A DNA stretch of 64,000 nt from Octopus vulgaris (GCA_951406725.2 OX597815.1:78244001-78308000), one strand, 5' to 3'; shown: positions 49,271-62,426, counted from the stretch's first letter. Program-made: numbers and translations. The notes: generated from the sequence alone by a model not told the origin.

Positions 49271-51530
49271 TGCCTTATATATAATCTATTTTTGTAAGGC
49301 TACAGAATGGGAAATATTACTGGAATGACTTATTAACTGATACCTAATTTATCAACTATAAAACATTTAGCCTAATGGGTAGGGTGTCAGTTCATGATCA
49401 TAAGGTTATGGGTTCAATCCCTAGGCCAGCAGTGTGCTGTGTCTTTTAATAAGGCACTTCATTTTACCTTGTTCTAATTGACACAGCTGCAAATGTCTAT
49501 CAGTCTGCTGCTGGTGCAGCTCTATCTTCTTTAAGCAGTTACCTGGATGTACCACTAGGTCAAGGATGAGGATACTGAGAGAATGTCTATATCTCCTTGT
49601 GACTACAATAGTGACCTTAAAACAATTATCAAAAGCATGATACATGTTACCAAGCCATACTTGTTTGTCAGTGACAACTGTACTGTACTAGTTTATCATG
49701 AGTGTCTTTAGCTGAGTCCACTCTGTTGAAAGTGAAGATGTCTGGCCTGCTGGTTAGTATGTTGGATCCAGAGTCATTAAGTTGTACATCAGAGTTGTGA
49801 GTCAGTGTCTCAGGCTGTGCATTGCTTTGTTCTAAGGCAAGATATTTCATTCCACATTGTTCCAGTATGTTCAACTGAAAGTGAGCAGTGGCGCCTGAGG
49901 GCTAAGCCTGTGACAAACTGGTATCCTGTTCAAGGGAGAAGTCTTGTATTGTCAGCTCAAACACCTGACCTTATGTGTCTCAAAGTTTAAGACTGTCTCA
50001 CTCTTTGGGGAACATCCAGATCAGATTCTGATCAAAGAATTAGTGCATCCTGTCCTAGCCAGAGGTTCTGAAATTGGACATGAGCACTGACTGTCTCTTC
50101 CTGCTCTGGTAAACATTTTTTTAAAAAATCATTGGATACCCTTGTTATTACATTTAGACATGTTCCTAGGTTAGGTTAAACCTCAAAAATACCAGGAAAG
50201 TTGATTGTAGAACGAACTGACTGTAAAATAGTAGGGAACACAGACACAAAAATTAGGGCTATTTTAGATGTTCCAAATCCATTCACAAATATATATGATG
50301 TCCCATCATTAGCACTCACTCAACTGCTCTTATCCTCTGTCTTTTTTCTACAATAACCAGTATTGTTACTAGTTAAGTGAAACAACAGTTATTTATTTGT
50401 TTCTTCTGTGTTGGTACCCATAATATATAACACAAGGCCATGTGCATTTAAAGTAATTCATGTGAATTTGTGTATTCTCACAAATGCACATAAAAAAAAG
50501 ATTGCTCAATTTAATCATGTAGTTATCTCCCTTATCATGCACATCAACTGTTCAACTTACTAAAAGAGGTTAAAATATGAAATATAATTTAGAGGTGCCT
50601 GTCTTCCAGGATACGGCTCATCTCTACCTTACAGATCTTATCTTGCTAGATATAGTAGTCTAATATCTTAGATCTAGATACACTCCATCCGTAGTCGAGT
50701 TATAATAAAACAATTTGACACTAAACAAGAATTATTCAATACTTTTGTAGAGTACATATTTATTATTTTTTTACAAGAATAGTGTTGACAGTGATTATAA
50801 AGTTTCGAACTACTTGCCTTCGTCGGACTATCGAACAAAGGCTAGCAGGCTAAAACTTCGATGCCACTGTCACCCTCTTATTAAAAAAAATAACACACAC
50901 ACATATTGGAAATAATGCAAGTCTTCTTGTTACTTGGGATCTCATCGATAGTGGCTTACCAAGACTAAACACTAAACTTGTTTCCATATGTTTATATCAA
51001 CATTTTACTGCGATTGACTGGCTTAACAGGGGGTGATGGGCATGTTTATGTTACCCAGTCACAATGTCGTACAGTATTTAGTCGCTTATTCTTATATTTT
51101 GAGTTCAAATTGCATCATTGTTGGCTTCAGTAGCGATATGGTAGTGTTGATTCGATGATCAACGAATAACCCTCTTCTTGGCTTAATACCTAATCAAAAG
51201 AACTGTGATTGTTTCTTTTCGATGTTGCAATCCAGTTTCAATTCTTAAATGCAACATATTTATTCCATGTCGTTGATGTTATCAAGAAATATGTGAATGT
51301 CGCGTAATCTTCTTTTGTATCGTTTATAAATCTGATCATTTATAGTAACTTTATAATTTAGATACATTCCTTTCCGTTGTGAGTTCGATTTCCATCGAAG
51401 TAGACATTGTCTTTCATCCATAAAATACCAGCCAAGTACTTGGGTCGATGTAATCGACTAGCCCATTCCACTACCGCAACCATAAAATTCTGGACTTCTT
51501 CCTTTAGTTGGAGACCCTTATTATTAATGA

Positions 51531-53853
51531 CTAGCAGCATAGCCCGGCGTTGCCCGGGTATGTAAGAGCCCCTAGTAGGCAACGACTAATCCCGATCTAA
51601 GTATTGTGGCCGTTATTAAATGTGGTGCCAAATGTTTCACAACCAGACGTGTGCCGTTGCACTGTTTAGGTGGAACCAAATTTCTGATGAGCATAATGGG
51701 CGCACCGACTTTTAACTTCAGGATGTGTGGCGGCAGGCCTGGCAGTTCAAGTGAATTCAGGAATTCAACAGGATAATCGGCAAGCTCGGCGGGGGTCTGC
51801 TGTCCTATCTATAGATTTGTAGACGTGGACATCACCAGGAATAGCTTCAAGTAGCTGGATATTGATGGAGTTGACGGTTGTATTTTTGGGTGCAAGAATA
51901 GCTCTTGACCCGGGAGGAGTTCGCGAGTGATTTCGTCGCAGTTGGGATTGCACGTGTAGGCGATAAAGAGGTCCGGCCGGCCGTAAATGCGCACGTAGGT
52001 CAAGGCGTCTTGGGTCCTTTCACGCATATATCGCGGTCCTCCCGTGAAGGTGGAGGGTAGAATGCATGGCTTGCCGATGTTGCGAGGGTCATTTTCTTGT
52101 TGCAAGCCGTCACAGAGATGAATGTAGGAGTCGGAGCGAAGTTAGGTCTGATTAAGTTTAATGTATAGCAGCCTTTCCGATTCCATTTTGGCGGCCATGT
52201 CGACGGCGAACTGGTTGAATAGCTGACGACAACGGGGCAATAAGTTGAACTCACCCTCCCTGACCATGAACCGGTATGAGTAGAAGGCCCTGCAGGAAAC
52301 CGTCTTTGATGCCGCAGTAGTTTGATTGGAGGGCTGCCGTAAAGGAATTCCGAAGTGGTAGCCGTCTTCCCCATAAGGGAAAAGCAATGGATACTGAAGC
52401 GCGTCATAAGATCTGTGAGTCTCGCTGATCCTGCGTAGGCTGTTACCACGGGAGGAGATGATTATGTCACGGCTGTTGTGTTGCTCTCCGTGTGTGACTG
52501 CGGCAATTTCGTTGCACGCAGGTACGTTGAAACGGCGTTCGTGCTCCCCGTGGGGTCGTTTATCAGCATCAATGACAACGGTGATGTCTGGAGACGGAGC
52601 ACTGTCCAAGGCATACCTGAAGCTGCGGACGTAGCTGTTGATATCACGAAGCATGGTTTGGAGACGGAGAAGAACGTCTCTGCGGGGAACATAGCATGTA
52701 CCCGGTATTATTCCAAGGCGTGCATCGACCTGCTGGTTGTAGTCGGCAATGAAGTAGATTTGGAGGAAAGAAGACTGCTGAATCTCGTCTGGCAGAAGTG
52801 ACCCAATAAGATGGTAGACCTGTCCCTGCACTTTGAAAGTAGGCATCCAGCCTTCTCTAGGAGGAATTTTGGCCCCGAAAGAGGTCATTTGGAATGAGCA
52901 GTTGTTCTTTCGAATGATTTGAAGGAATTGTGACGATTCGGGGATTAAACCCGCCGCGAGACCCTTCAGCGGTTGAGGTGGTTCTCGTAGGGGTGGCAGG
53001 TCCACTTTGCCACCAGAGCATTGACTGCTTGAAGTGGCGGTGTTGGGGGTAAAGTCTCGAATGTAATTTCTTCCTGGTAGGAATTGGTTCACCAAAACTT
53101 AGGTTAGTCTGGAGGTTTCGATGTAATCTTTGGTTTGTATGTGGGATACCTTGAAGATTAAGTCTAGATTTCCTCCTGTTGGTTGAATTATCGATAGCTG
53201 TTTGATAGTTATTTGGGAGAGTAAGAGAGTTAAAAAGGTCGAGTTGCGTCCCCTAGACAGTCTGTGGTTTGTGTTTAATACACAAGTCGGTTTGCTATGA
53301 GTGCCACATATGATTTAATTAACCGATTTTTTCCAGTAATAAAGTATCCTATTGGAATAAAAAGGGCCATATAGCTCCTTGGAGCAGACATGATGCTCGC
53401 TGTGAATTTTTTTTTTAAATCCTGCCAATTTGTTAAAGATATTGTCGAAAATATGTCATCTTGAATTTGAACGCGATTTCCCAAAATGGCATGATTTTAT
53501 CGATTTTTTTCTAATGGTAAGGTATTGCATGGAAAACTAACGTCAGAATTAAGTTTCTTAGGGTAACATTAAGCTTCACCATGAGTTTGGTGAAAATCGA
53601 TTGCAAGTTGCGAAAACTACAACAGAAAATGTGTTGCATATGAAAAGCTTAGATTCTCGACTCCATGTCGAATTTATCGATTTTCTTTTTCAGAACTGGG
53701 GAAACTTTTCAAAATTTTCGCTGTGTTAGTTTTGAATTATGACATTGGGCTATGTGTGTGTCAAGTCTCATCAGAATTGGTTGAAAGCCGTGGTCAGGGT
53801 GAGGGTACAACCTGACAGACAGACAGACAAACTGCCGTTTATATATAGAGAGA
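51531..53853 (-). mobile_element. Internally deleted Helitron with Rep and Pif1-helicase fragments, both termini intact
   Basis: A|TCTCTCTATATATAAACGG at the 5' end (53853); hairpin CCCGGGCAACGCCGGG and CTAG|T at the 3' end (51531). FKVQGQVYHLIG, YDALQYPLLFPYGEDG, LPSTFTGGPRYM..YGRPDLFI (Rep N-terminal region); [27 protein letters not shown] (Pif1). Confidence 0.95.
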
Positions 53854-53863
53854 TTAAGATGGT

Positions 53864-55540
53864 TAAGGTGGCGAGCTTGCAGAATCGTTAGCATGCCGGG
53901 CAAAATGCTTAGCGGAATTTTGTCCGTCTTTACGTTCTGATTTCAAATTCTGCCGAGGTCGACTTTGCCTTTCATCTTTTAGGAATCGATAAAATAAGTA
54001 CCAGTTGAGTACTGGATCGATGTAATTGACTTCAATCCCCCACCACCACCACTTCCCGCTCCGACATTGCTGGTCTTGTGCTGAAATTTGAAACCAATGA
54101 TTTAGCCGGTGAGCTGGCAGAGTCAGCACGCCGGACAAAATGCTCAGCGACGTTTTTCCGGCTTTACGTTCCGAATTCAAATTCCGCCGAGGTTGATTGC
54201 ACCTTTCTTCTTTCAGGGTCGATAAGATAAATTCTAGTCAATGAAATCTTCTAGCCCCCTCCTCCAAAATTTCAGGCCTTCTATCTGTAGTAGAAAGAAA
54301 TTATTAATAATTATGACAGTCGTTCAGAAACTTTTTTATTTAGCAGTGAGGGTTTCTTTTTTTCTTACTTAAACCAGTTGCTTATGTATATTTTTATGAC
54401 TTAATAACTTAAGAGGAAGAGAAGTGCAATGCCCACCACGTTTATCAGCATCTTCGTGACTGGTGGATGATTGAAAAAGAGAAAAACCCTGAGTCATCGG
54501 CTGCTGTACTGGGAAATAGCACAAGATAATGAGCTAATCTCAGACCAGGCTCGAGTATTTGCAACACAGTGGGCTCTGCTAAAGGTACCAAAGGGCCACG
54601 AGGTACAGTGGGGTAGCCCTTGAGTTCCCCCACGCACACACACACACACACATACATACCTCCTGCCCCCAACCTATTCAGGCTTATACGTTCTGAGTTA
54701 AAATCCTGTCGAAGTCAACTTTGCTTTCGTCCTTCTGGGGTCGATAAAACAAAGTACTAGTCAAATTCTAGAGTCGATTGACTAAACCCTTTCTCTAAAA
54801 TCTACTTGTCTTGTGCCGAAATCACAAAATGCCATGTGATATTTTGCCAGCTCTTTAAGTTCTAAGATCAAATTCCGCCGAGGTCAGCTTTGCCTTTCAT
54901 CCCACCGGGATCAATAATATAAAAATACTGGTCAAGTATTGGGTTCTATGGTTTTGACAAACCTCTTTCAAACTCTGGCCTTGTACCTAAATTAGAAACA
55001 AATATTATTTAATACATAAAGCGCGATGGGCCACGATCGTGCCCATCAGGCACAGGTCGACAGGCCACGATCATGGCCCAGATAGATGTATTTAATTTAT
55101 GGGCGTTACTTAGAGTCTAATGTTACTCAAACGCTCCGATACCCCCCAGAATGCGAGAGGACTAATAGTTCAACTAATGACTTTTCAGACGATGTAAATC
55201 TTGCTACCATTATATACAAAGAAGATATTTTAACTATTTTTTGGTTTTTATGTGTGTATGGTAGTCTCATTTTCATAAAATATGCTCAGCAGTCCATGCT
55301 ATGCAAGTGAAAATCCCAGCGCTCTATGGGTTAAGCGGCGAAACGTCGAACAAAATGCCTTGGGGTATTTCTTCCGGGCCTTTACATTCTGAATTCAAAT
55401 CTCGCCGATGTCGACTTTAGCTTTCATACTTTCGGAGGCGATCAAATAAACTGCCTGTTAAATACATGATATCGATGGTAATGATGAAATTCTTTTTCCC
55501 TCAAAATTATTAGCTTTATGCCTAAATCAGAAACTGTTAT
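53864..55540 (+). mobile_element. Cluster of at least five family A SINEs, all on +
   Basis: Copies at ~53864-54100, 54105-54300, 54685-54830, 54850-55010 and 55330-55540. Confidence 0.8.
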
Positions 55541-55746
55541 TATTTATTCATCAGAACACATCACTTTACTTGATTTAGCTTTTGAGAAAATATTTCCTTT
55601 ATATCTTTTTCTCTCTACGAACGAGTGGTACCGAGAGTTCCCAGATAACATCAACTAGTTATATGGAATATCGTGTCAATTGTATATTATCTATATGAAT
55701 GTTTAATTGTATTAATTCTGGACTTTCTTCTTTCTTCCGATTGCAG

Positions 55747-56466
55747 ATGTCTTTGTATAAACTGGTAACGTTCGACGCTACAAATACATTGATTCGTGTG
55801 ATGGGCAGTGTAGGATTACAATATGGCCGTGTTGCAAACCAACACGGCATATATGCCAATACAGATGAAGTTAACAAAGCATTCAAAACCGCATGGAAAC
55901 AGATGAATAAAGATTATCCTAACTATGGCGTCAACCAGGGCCTAACTTCTCAGAAATGGTGGACCGAGGTTATGAAAAGTAGCTTACTGTCAGTGTGTGA
56001 TAAGAAGAGTACTGATCCAGAGGTATTGTCTAAAGTTGCTAACGATATCTACACATTTTTTGCTTCGAACCGAGGATGGGAAGTGATTCCAGGTTCTGAA
56101 GAAGGTCTGGCACTCTTGAAAGATAAAGGTTTGAAACTTGGCATAGTTTCCAATTTTGACAATCGCCTTCCCAAAATTCTAACTGATCTTGGTATAGCAA
56201 ATTATTTTAACTTTATTCTTTGTTCTTCGGTAGAAAAAGTAGCTAAACCTGACGCTGACATTTTTAAAAAAGCTTTACATCTTGGTAACACGAAAGCTGA
56301 GGAAACCATTCATGTAGGTGACGATCTTACAAACGACTACCTAGGGGCTAAAAATGCTGGGCTGAGACCAATCTTTTTCCAGAACAATCCAGACATTCCA
56401 CTACCTGATGAGGTTTCTGAAGATTCGGTCATTTCTAATATGCAAGATATCATTAAATTGCTGTAA
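55747..56466 (+). CDS. HDHD3: Haloacid dehalogenase-like hydrolase domain-containing protein 3 (HDHD3/Reg-2-like), 239 aa, single coding exon
   Basis: ATG immediately after acceptor ttcttccgattgcag|. HAD motifs: LVTFDATNTL (I), GIVSNFDNRL (II), AKPD (III), HVGDDLTNDYLGA (IV); HDHD3-typical YPNYG and WW cap motifs. The ORF-track start at 55699 is intronic. Confidence 0.92.
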   Translation: MSLYKLVTFDATNTLIRVMGSVGLQYGRVANQHGIYANTDEVNKAFKTAWKQMNKDYPNYGVNQGLTSQKWWTEVMKSSLLSVCDKKSTDPEVLSKVANDIYTFFASNRGWEVIPGSEEGLALLKDKGLKLGIVSNFDNRLPKILTDLGIANYFNFILCSSVEKVAKPDADIFKKALHLGNTKAEETIHVGDDLTNDYLGAKNAGLRPIFFQNNPDIPLPDEVSEDSVISNMQDIIKLL

Positions 56467-56920
56467 ATAATCAAGGCTTGCCTTGATTGAGCAGACCTAT
56501 AATCAAAGTTCCAATCATGACCATCCCGTCATTTTTAGAATGCATCTACTGCAACTGCATTATCCAACAGTACAGTGTCATTTGAGAGAAATTAGGCTCT
56601 CATTTCTGAGAAGTCAAGCGACCACGTAGAAGCCCTCTAATATTCTGGGGTAGTTGTAGTAGGGATATACTTCGTTGTGGTAGTGTTCTGGGGTGTCGGT
56701 CGAAAACAGTTGTTCTCATCCGAGGTCCATATGACCCTTAACATTTCATGTAAGATTTCGTTTTTAAAATTTATGTGCAATAAATTGCTTATACTGCTAC
56801 TATACATAAAATATTCTAACAACCTATTTTATTTATATATATACAATTCGTAATGATATTTAATTATAAAAATATAGCATTGTTTAAGCATTAAGTGGCT
56901 ATGGGAGTCCATCCGAGTAA

Positions 56921-56921
<1 letters not shown>

Positions 56922-56956
<35 letters not shown>

Positions 56957-57555
56957 ATGTGTGTCTATGTTTGTCCACACCACCACCGCTTGACAACCGG
57001 TGCTGGTGTGTTTACGTCCCCGTAACGTAGCGGTTCGGCAAAAGACACCGATAGAACAAATACCATGCTTTTTAAAAATAAGTACTGGGATTGATGCATT
57101 CGACAAAAAATTTTCCAAGGCGGTACCCCAGCATAGCTACAGTCTAATGACTGAAACAAATAAAAGATAGAATATTTGGCAATTAAATTTTTTATTTTGT
57201 TTAACTGGTCACCTGCTGGCTTTCGACATAGCTGGTATGGTGAAGCAGAATAGTAATAACCCGAATACTTGATAATGGCATAAAAATACAGTATTTTACA
57301 CATGGCTGAAGTGTTATACCAATACATTATTGTTACTTAAGGCGGTGAGCTGGGAGAATCGTTAGCACACTGAGCAAAATGCTTAGCGGCATTTCGTACG
57401 TCTTTACGTTCTGATTTCAAATGCCGCCGAGGTTGATTTTGCCTTTCATCCTTTCGAGGTCGATAAAATAAGTACCAGTTGAACACTTGGTTGATGTAAT
57501 TGATTAATCCCTGCCCCCAAAATTGCTGGTTTTCTGCCAAAATTTGAAATCAATA
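56922..57555 (+). mobile_element. SINE family B 3' half (56922-57170) and family A SINE (57340-57555)
   Basis: cttgacaaccggtgctggtgtgtttacgtcccc... tail; ggcggtgagctgggagaatcgttagc head. Confidence 0.8.
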
Positions 57556-57978
57556 TATTATCGTTACTTTGTTGGCTGACATTGCCTAAGTGGGACTTGA
57601 ACCTAGCAGTGATGTCTTAATTGTTGTGTAACAATAAATCTAATCCTTAATGTAAAATTCGGAATTCGAGAAAATAGTTGCTGGTGAGACTGCAACAGTT
57701 AGTCCATAAGGGAATTCCAAAAAGAGTTTGGTAAGTTTAGTTGCTGTCAGGAGTGACGAATCTAATGGTACGATCCCTTACCTTTCATCTGACTAAGAAG
57801 ATAAAGCGTTGTTGTCATTTGTGTTGTTGACAATAAAATGATCTTATCACATCGTCATTTTTTGCCTTTCAACCAGCACCGGTTGTCAAGCGGTGGTGGT
57901 GTGGACAAACATAGACACAAATACACACACACACACTTTTACTCGGATGGACTCCCATAGCCACTTAATGCTTAAACA

Positions 57979-58431
57979 TACAGCATCTCGAAAGAGTCCA
58001 GAAGCTGGCTACTCGCATGGTTCATGCTCTCAAAAATTTGTCCTATGAAGAAAGGCTGAGGACGCTCGACCTTTATTCTCTTGAAAAACGCCGCCGCCGT
58101 GGTGATCTCATTCTCGCCCACAACATCATAAGCGGAAAGTGTAACCTCTCGAAAGAGCTGTTCTTCACTCCTGCTCCAGAGCGTCGGCTGTGGGGTCATT
58201 CCGAAAAGCTCTACCTGCGACGATTTCATCTCAATCGAAGGAGAGGAGCTTTCTCCGTCCGGGTTGCGGATCCGTGGAACAAGCTGCCAGACGAGATGGT
58301 GAAGATGCCGACGACCGCTTTGTTCAAAGCCTCCCTTGACCTCAAGTGGCCTGAACTCTTTACATGAACACCACCCTGTACTTAACTCCATGTCCCCCTA
58401 CATGGCCTTGCTATTTGCTTTTGAGCCAAAT

Positions 58432-58462
<31 letters not shown>
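57979..58462 (+). mobile_element. CR1-clade LINE 3' fragment
   Basis: LERVQKLATRMV..LSYEERLRTLDLYSLEKRRRRGDLI...FSVRVADPWNKLP; (TAAC)n tail. Confidence 0.92.
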
Positions 58463-59143
58463 TTATTTACAGTTCATGTTTCAAACAGTCCAGTTAAGTT
58501 TTCTTGGAGGAAGAACACTTAGAAATTATCCGAATACATACAATTCCTGAGAAGATCAATACTTGATAATAATAATTAAAAAAAAACACTTGCACTGTTT
58601 CAGATGCAAAACTTTCAATGTCACTCATATTACAATCCTTTTACGTGCGTAAATTTAAAACACAAAGAAACTTGCGTTTGACTCGGCATGTATAGACAAG
58701 GGGAAGGGAAAGTAAGTCTTTAGTGTATAGATTCATAACTTTCGTTTTTTCAATGGTTGAGATAACAAAAAAGTCCTTAAAATGCACTGATTTTACTAAA
58801 CAGAACCAGTGTTAATCACGATTCTGTTCAGATTCCAACCCTGGACGGAATATTTTAAAATTATAAAAATAGGAATAGTAATTTTTTTTTATAAAATTGA
58901 GCCGAGAGCCAGACTATACATAGCTACAGGCCGAATTCGATCCGTAGATCGCAAGTTTGACACGACTGCTGTAGTACCTCTCAAGTTGGTGAAATTAATG
59001 TGGCTAATATCCAAACTGAATATGTGCAGGAAAAACGTAGGCGGAGAGGAATTCAAAGACCCACGAGGGAGCTCTGTTAAAAGCATCCAGGGACAACCAG
59101 CAACTGATGGTGTAAAATATGACGACTTCTTAGCCCAACCACC

Positions 59144-59207
<64 letters not shown>

Positions 59208-59825
59208 CGCTCTCAATATATATGAATGTATCATATTTTGTGTTAACGTCATTGACACACACACACGCGCGCGCACACGTCTTAACCCTGTTTATTAAAA
59301 TAACAATATTTTTGCTGAAAACTTTGAATCAGTGGTGTTTGACCAGTATGACCTATCACCTTGTGACAAAAAGATAGATAACCCTGATGAGTCATGTTGA
59401 CCGTTGTAACTTAATTTTTGACTGAACGGTATTGATTGATATTTTATGATCTGCCATCTAGTGATATAAAGTTCTGTGTTCTCAGTGGCTGAATTCTGAT
59501 CGAAGAATTGTAGAAAAAGAATACTTGTATTAGTACTTGTGTCGGCATTCACTCAGGATGAGACAGGCCCAAGGCCGTATTCGCATCATCATAGGCCCCA
59601 GGGAACTTACAGTGTTTATTGACAACATGTTACATAGATCAGAATCCGGCTCCTAGACATGTGAGCTCCTATCCCACCACAGCCACCAGGCAATGCCCTT
59701 GTGTGCCTAAGCTTTGAGCAAGAATTATTTAAGGAAAGCAATCCGGTAACGACGAGGAACCTTGGGGTTGGACTCAAAATCCAAAATGTAAACAGGGAAG
59801 ATTCTGCGAAAGCAAAAGTGATTAA

Positions 59826-60043
59826 CTCATTAGCGTTTAAACCAACTATATCGGGCTCAAATATTCTGCTTGCTTTATGCTCACACCAGCCAGATCTGGC
59901 TTCTCACACCTACCCTACAATGTCATTTTAAAATTAAACAATCTCATTATTGAAATCTCAAAGCTACGAAATAATCCATGATTAATTCAAAATTATGTGA
60001 ATAAATAAGCATTATATTTGATAGTAATCTGAATGCTGAGAGG
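59826..60043. mobile_element. piggyBac-type MITE
   Basis: ttaa|CTCATTAGCGTTTAAAC ... TCTGAATGCTGAGAGG|ttaa. Confidence 0.65.
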
Positions 60044-60229
60044 TTAAATACGTTCAACTTGCGCATGACCACCGCTGTCATTGTTCATGTCTCACCACCT
60101 TGCAGTAGGATGGTCTGAATGAAGTCTCACTAAATGCGAGTTGTTGTGGCTACTTGTTCTCCGAACTAGATCAATCCAGGTTTCAAGACAACAAAGTACC
60201 CCAGATGCATGATTGATGCTTACATTTAG

Positions 60230-60920
60230 CTCACCTTTACCTTGGCCTGACAGTAAAGCCAGCATCAGTGTTCTTGAATGGATCGACCTCTTTTAGAATC
60301 TCACCATTGCCTATAACGGTAGACCTTCTCAGAGAGCGAGATGCTAGCGAATACAGTCTTTCTCTTGGCTACACTGATTTTTTCCTACTGACACATGACA
60401 CGCACAAACTGAAGTTTTAAGTTTCTGACTGGACATCAGCATAGTTGGGATCAGAGCGGGTGAAGTCTCGTCTCATAATAACAACCAGGAAATCCACTTG
60501 AGTCTGAGCACACTCTGCAATCTTGTCGATGACATATGTGAAAAACATTTGAGATAGAACACCAAAGTAAATTTCGACCGAGTCAAATTACTCGATGTAA
60601 CAACATACCTTTACTCACGTAAAATTCTGATATACTCTAGAATTAGCTTCAGTAGCTTCACAGGTAAATCATTTGTAATCATGATATCCCGGAATGCATT
60701 GCAATCGACAGAATCAAAAGCTGTTGCAAAGTCCACAGTGCAAGTGTTGGTTTTCAGTTAGTAGCTCTGACGTTCAAAAACCCTTCTCATCGTGAAAATT
60801 TGATTTGTATAGCTGACGAAAACTACACTGAATTCGTTGTGAGCGTTGACCACACTCGTATTAAAATTCTTTTAGAATGATAGTGACTATTTTGACTGCA
60901 ATGTCGATCAAACATTTGCT
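60230..60920 (-). mobile_element. Decayed RTE-like RT remnant
   Basis: NQIFTMRRVFE and VDFATAFDSVD (RT domain 2a/3) on the minus strand. Confidence 0.6.
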
Positions 60921-62197
60921 GCAACGAACCAATTGGCGATAGCGAATATCCAGGTTAAACACGCCACTTCAGAAAATGATTCTGATCACATTAGACACAA
61001 ACAATGGCTTCACGGATTATCAGATTGACTGTTTCCTCAAGGTTAAGGTCCAGGTTAAACAGACACTTGGTTATTCGAATGTATTGAGTGATGAATTGTT
61101 TTAGAGATTAAAAGGTTAAGGAATGGGAAGTTAGATGGAAACACGAAGAACAGTCATAATTACATATTTGATAAGAAGAAAGATGGTTGATGGTAAAGAT
61201 ACGATATACAATAGTATCGAACTTCTTTAATTTGAAAAAGCTTGTAACAATGCATTAAAAACGACGAGCTTATTGTATATAGTTCTCATGTACACTACAA
61301 CATGACTTTTATTTGTAACTTGAAATTAGAGTTAATATATTTAATAAAGTGAACATTGAAAATCCGATTAGAAATAGTTAGCTCAATGATTAAAATTATT
61401 TTCATGATTTGGCAAGTATGGGAGAGAACTGAGGACATGTTTCGGTCTCCTTAGACCTCAGCAACGAAGCATAAAGATTACCATACTTGCTGGAGTAGTA
61501 ATAAAAGAGTTTCTAAATAAAGGTACTTTAAAAGTGTGCTTTTAATATGCGTCTCTTTAAATACAGGCCTAGCTATACAATCGTATGACTTTAGGTAAGA
61601 CGTGCTGGAACCTATGATGACAAATGCACGGCCTTCAGCCTTACTTTTGGATGACGAGCTTTAAGTCTTTATTTAAGCTATTACGAATCTTGTGGAGTAA
61701 ACCAGCTGTCGAGGAAACTGTCTTCGACAAATTGTTTACTTTTAATAGATCCACCAAACAAAAGAAAGCAGGAAGGAATCAGCGTGGCACAGCTTAGTAT
61801 TATTTAGACGTGAATCTCACAAAAGATTTGAAGAAATAACAAATAGTTTGAGTAAACAGTCGTTTAATCTGTACCTTTGTACATTGTTGACATTCGACCT
61901 GCAATAAAAACAAAATATATACATACATAAAAAGTTAATTTTCTTTTCGTTAAAAAAATAATAATAAAGTGAAAGTTGTGTGTGTCTTTCGTTGGTAAGC
62001 TGCACGTATTTGACATAATTGTTAAATCCATCTGCTTGCTGAACACCACAGAACAAACACATCGTTTCATTTGGTTGAGGAGTGTGCAGAGGTGCTATAG
62101 CCGTCCACTGGCATTTTAGTATTTCTGCATGCAGTAGGCAGGGTGGTGGCACTCTCGGTTATCGACTATTTCCTTTGCCCACACTTGTCCAAAATTT

Positions 62198-62210
62198 ATT
62201 GGACATATAA
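62198..62210 (+). promoter_or_regulatory. Candidate TATA box (TATAA, 62206-62210) with an adjacent inverted CCAAT
   Basis: attggacatataa lies ~135 bp upstream of the signal-peptide ATG; motif match only. Confidence 0.3.
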
Positions 62211-62343
62211 TTCTTTTCGTCTTCAACTGCAAAATTACTACAAGTAGCAACACTGGCCAACATAGTTCACGTCTAGTACTACAAGAGTATTCTTGTCATT
62301 TATCTGAAGAAAAGTTTACTGTTTCACAATCAAGAAAACAACG

Positions 62344-62426
62344 ATGTTACTTCTATCTGTTTGTTTTATTTTCTTCCTTCTTACATCTGCATCTGCTCAA
62401 GTCAGGCGCAAACCAGGAACTAGTCG
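62344..62426 (+). CDS. Probable first coding exon of an unidentified secreted protein or peptide precursor
   Basis: aacaacgATG (A at -3); MLLLSVCFIFFLLTSASA|QVRRKPGTS(R) has a hydrophobic core and an A-S-A signal peptidase site; consensus donor CG|GTGAGT, phase 2. Confidence 0.65.

Noticed and set aside
52142-53095. 317-aa ORF as a host gene
   Set aside because: It is a Helitron Rep-region fragment between intact Helitron termini, followed by frameshifts and a large deletion.
55699-55746. Upstream extension of the HDHD3 ORF
   Set aside because: It is a polypyrimidine tract plus AG acceptor; HAD motif I begins just after the ATG at 55747.
55747-56466. HDHD3 as a retrocopy or bacterial horizontal transfer because the CDS has no intron
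   Set aside because: A splice acceptor precedes the ATG, no poly(A) or TSD is seen, and the motifs are typical of animal HDHD3, whose CDS I recall is also single-exon in vertebrates.
59384-59410. Hammerhead core CTGATGA-GTCA..TGAC
   Set aside because: The required GAAA and the stem I/III partners are absent.
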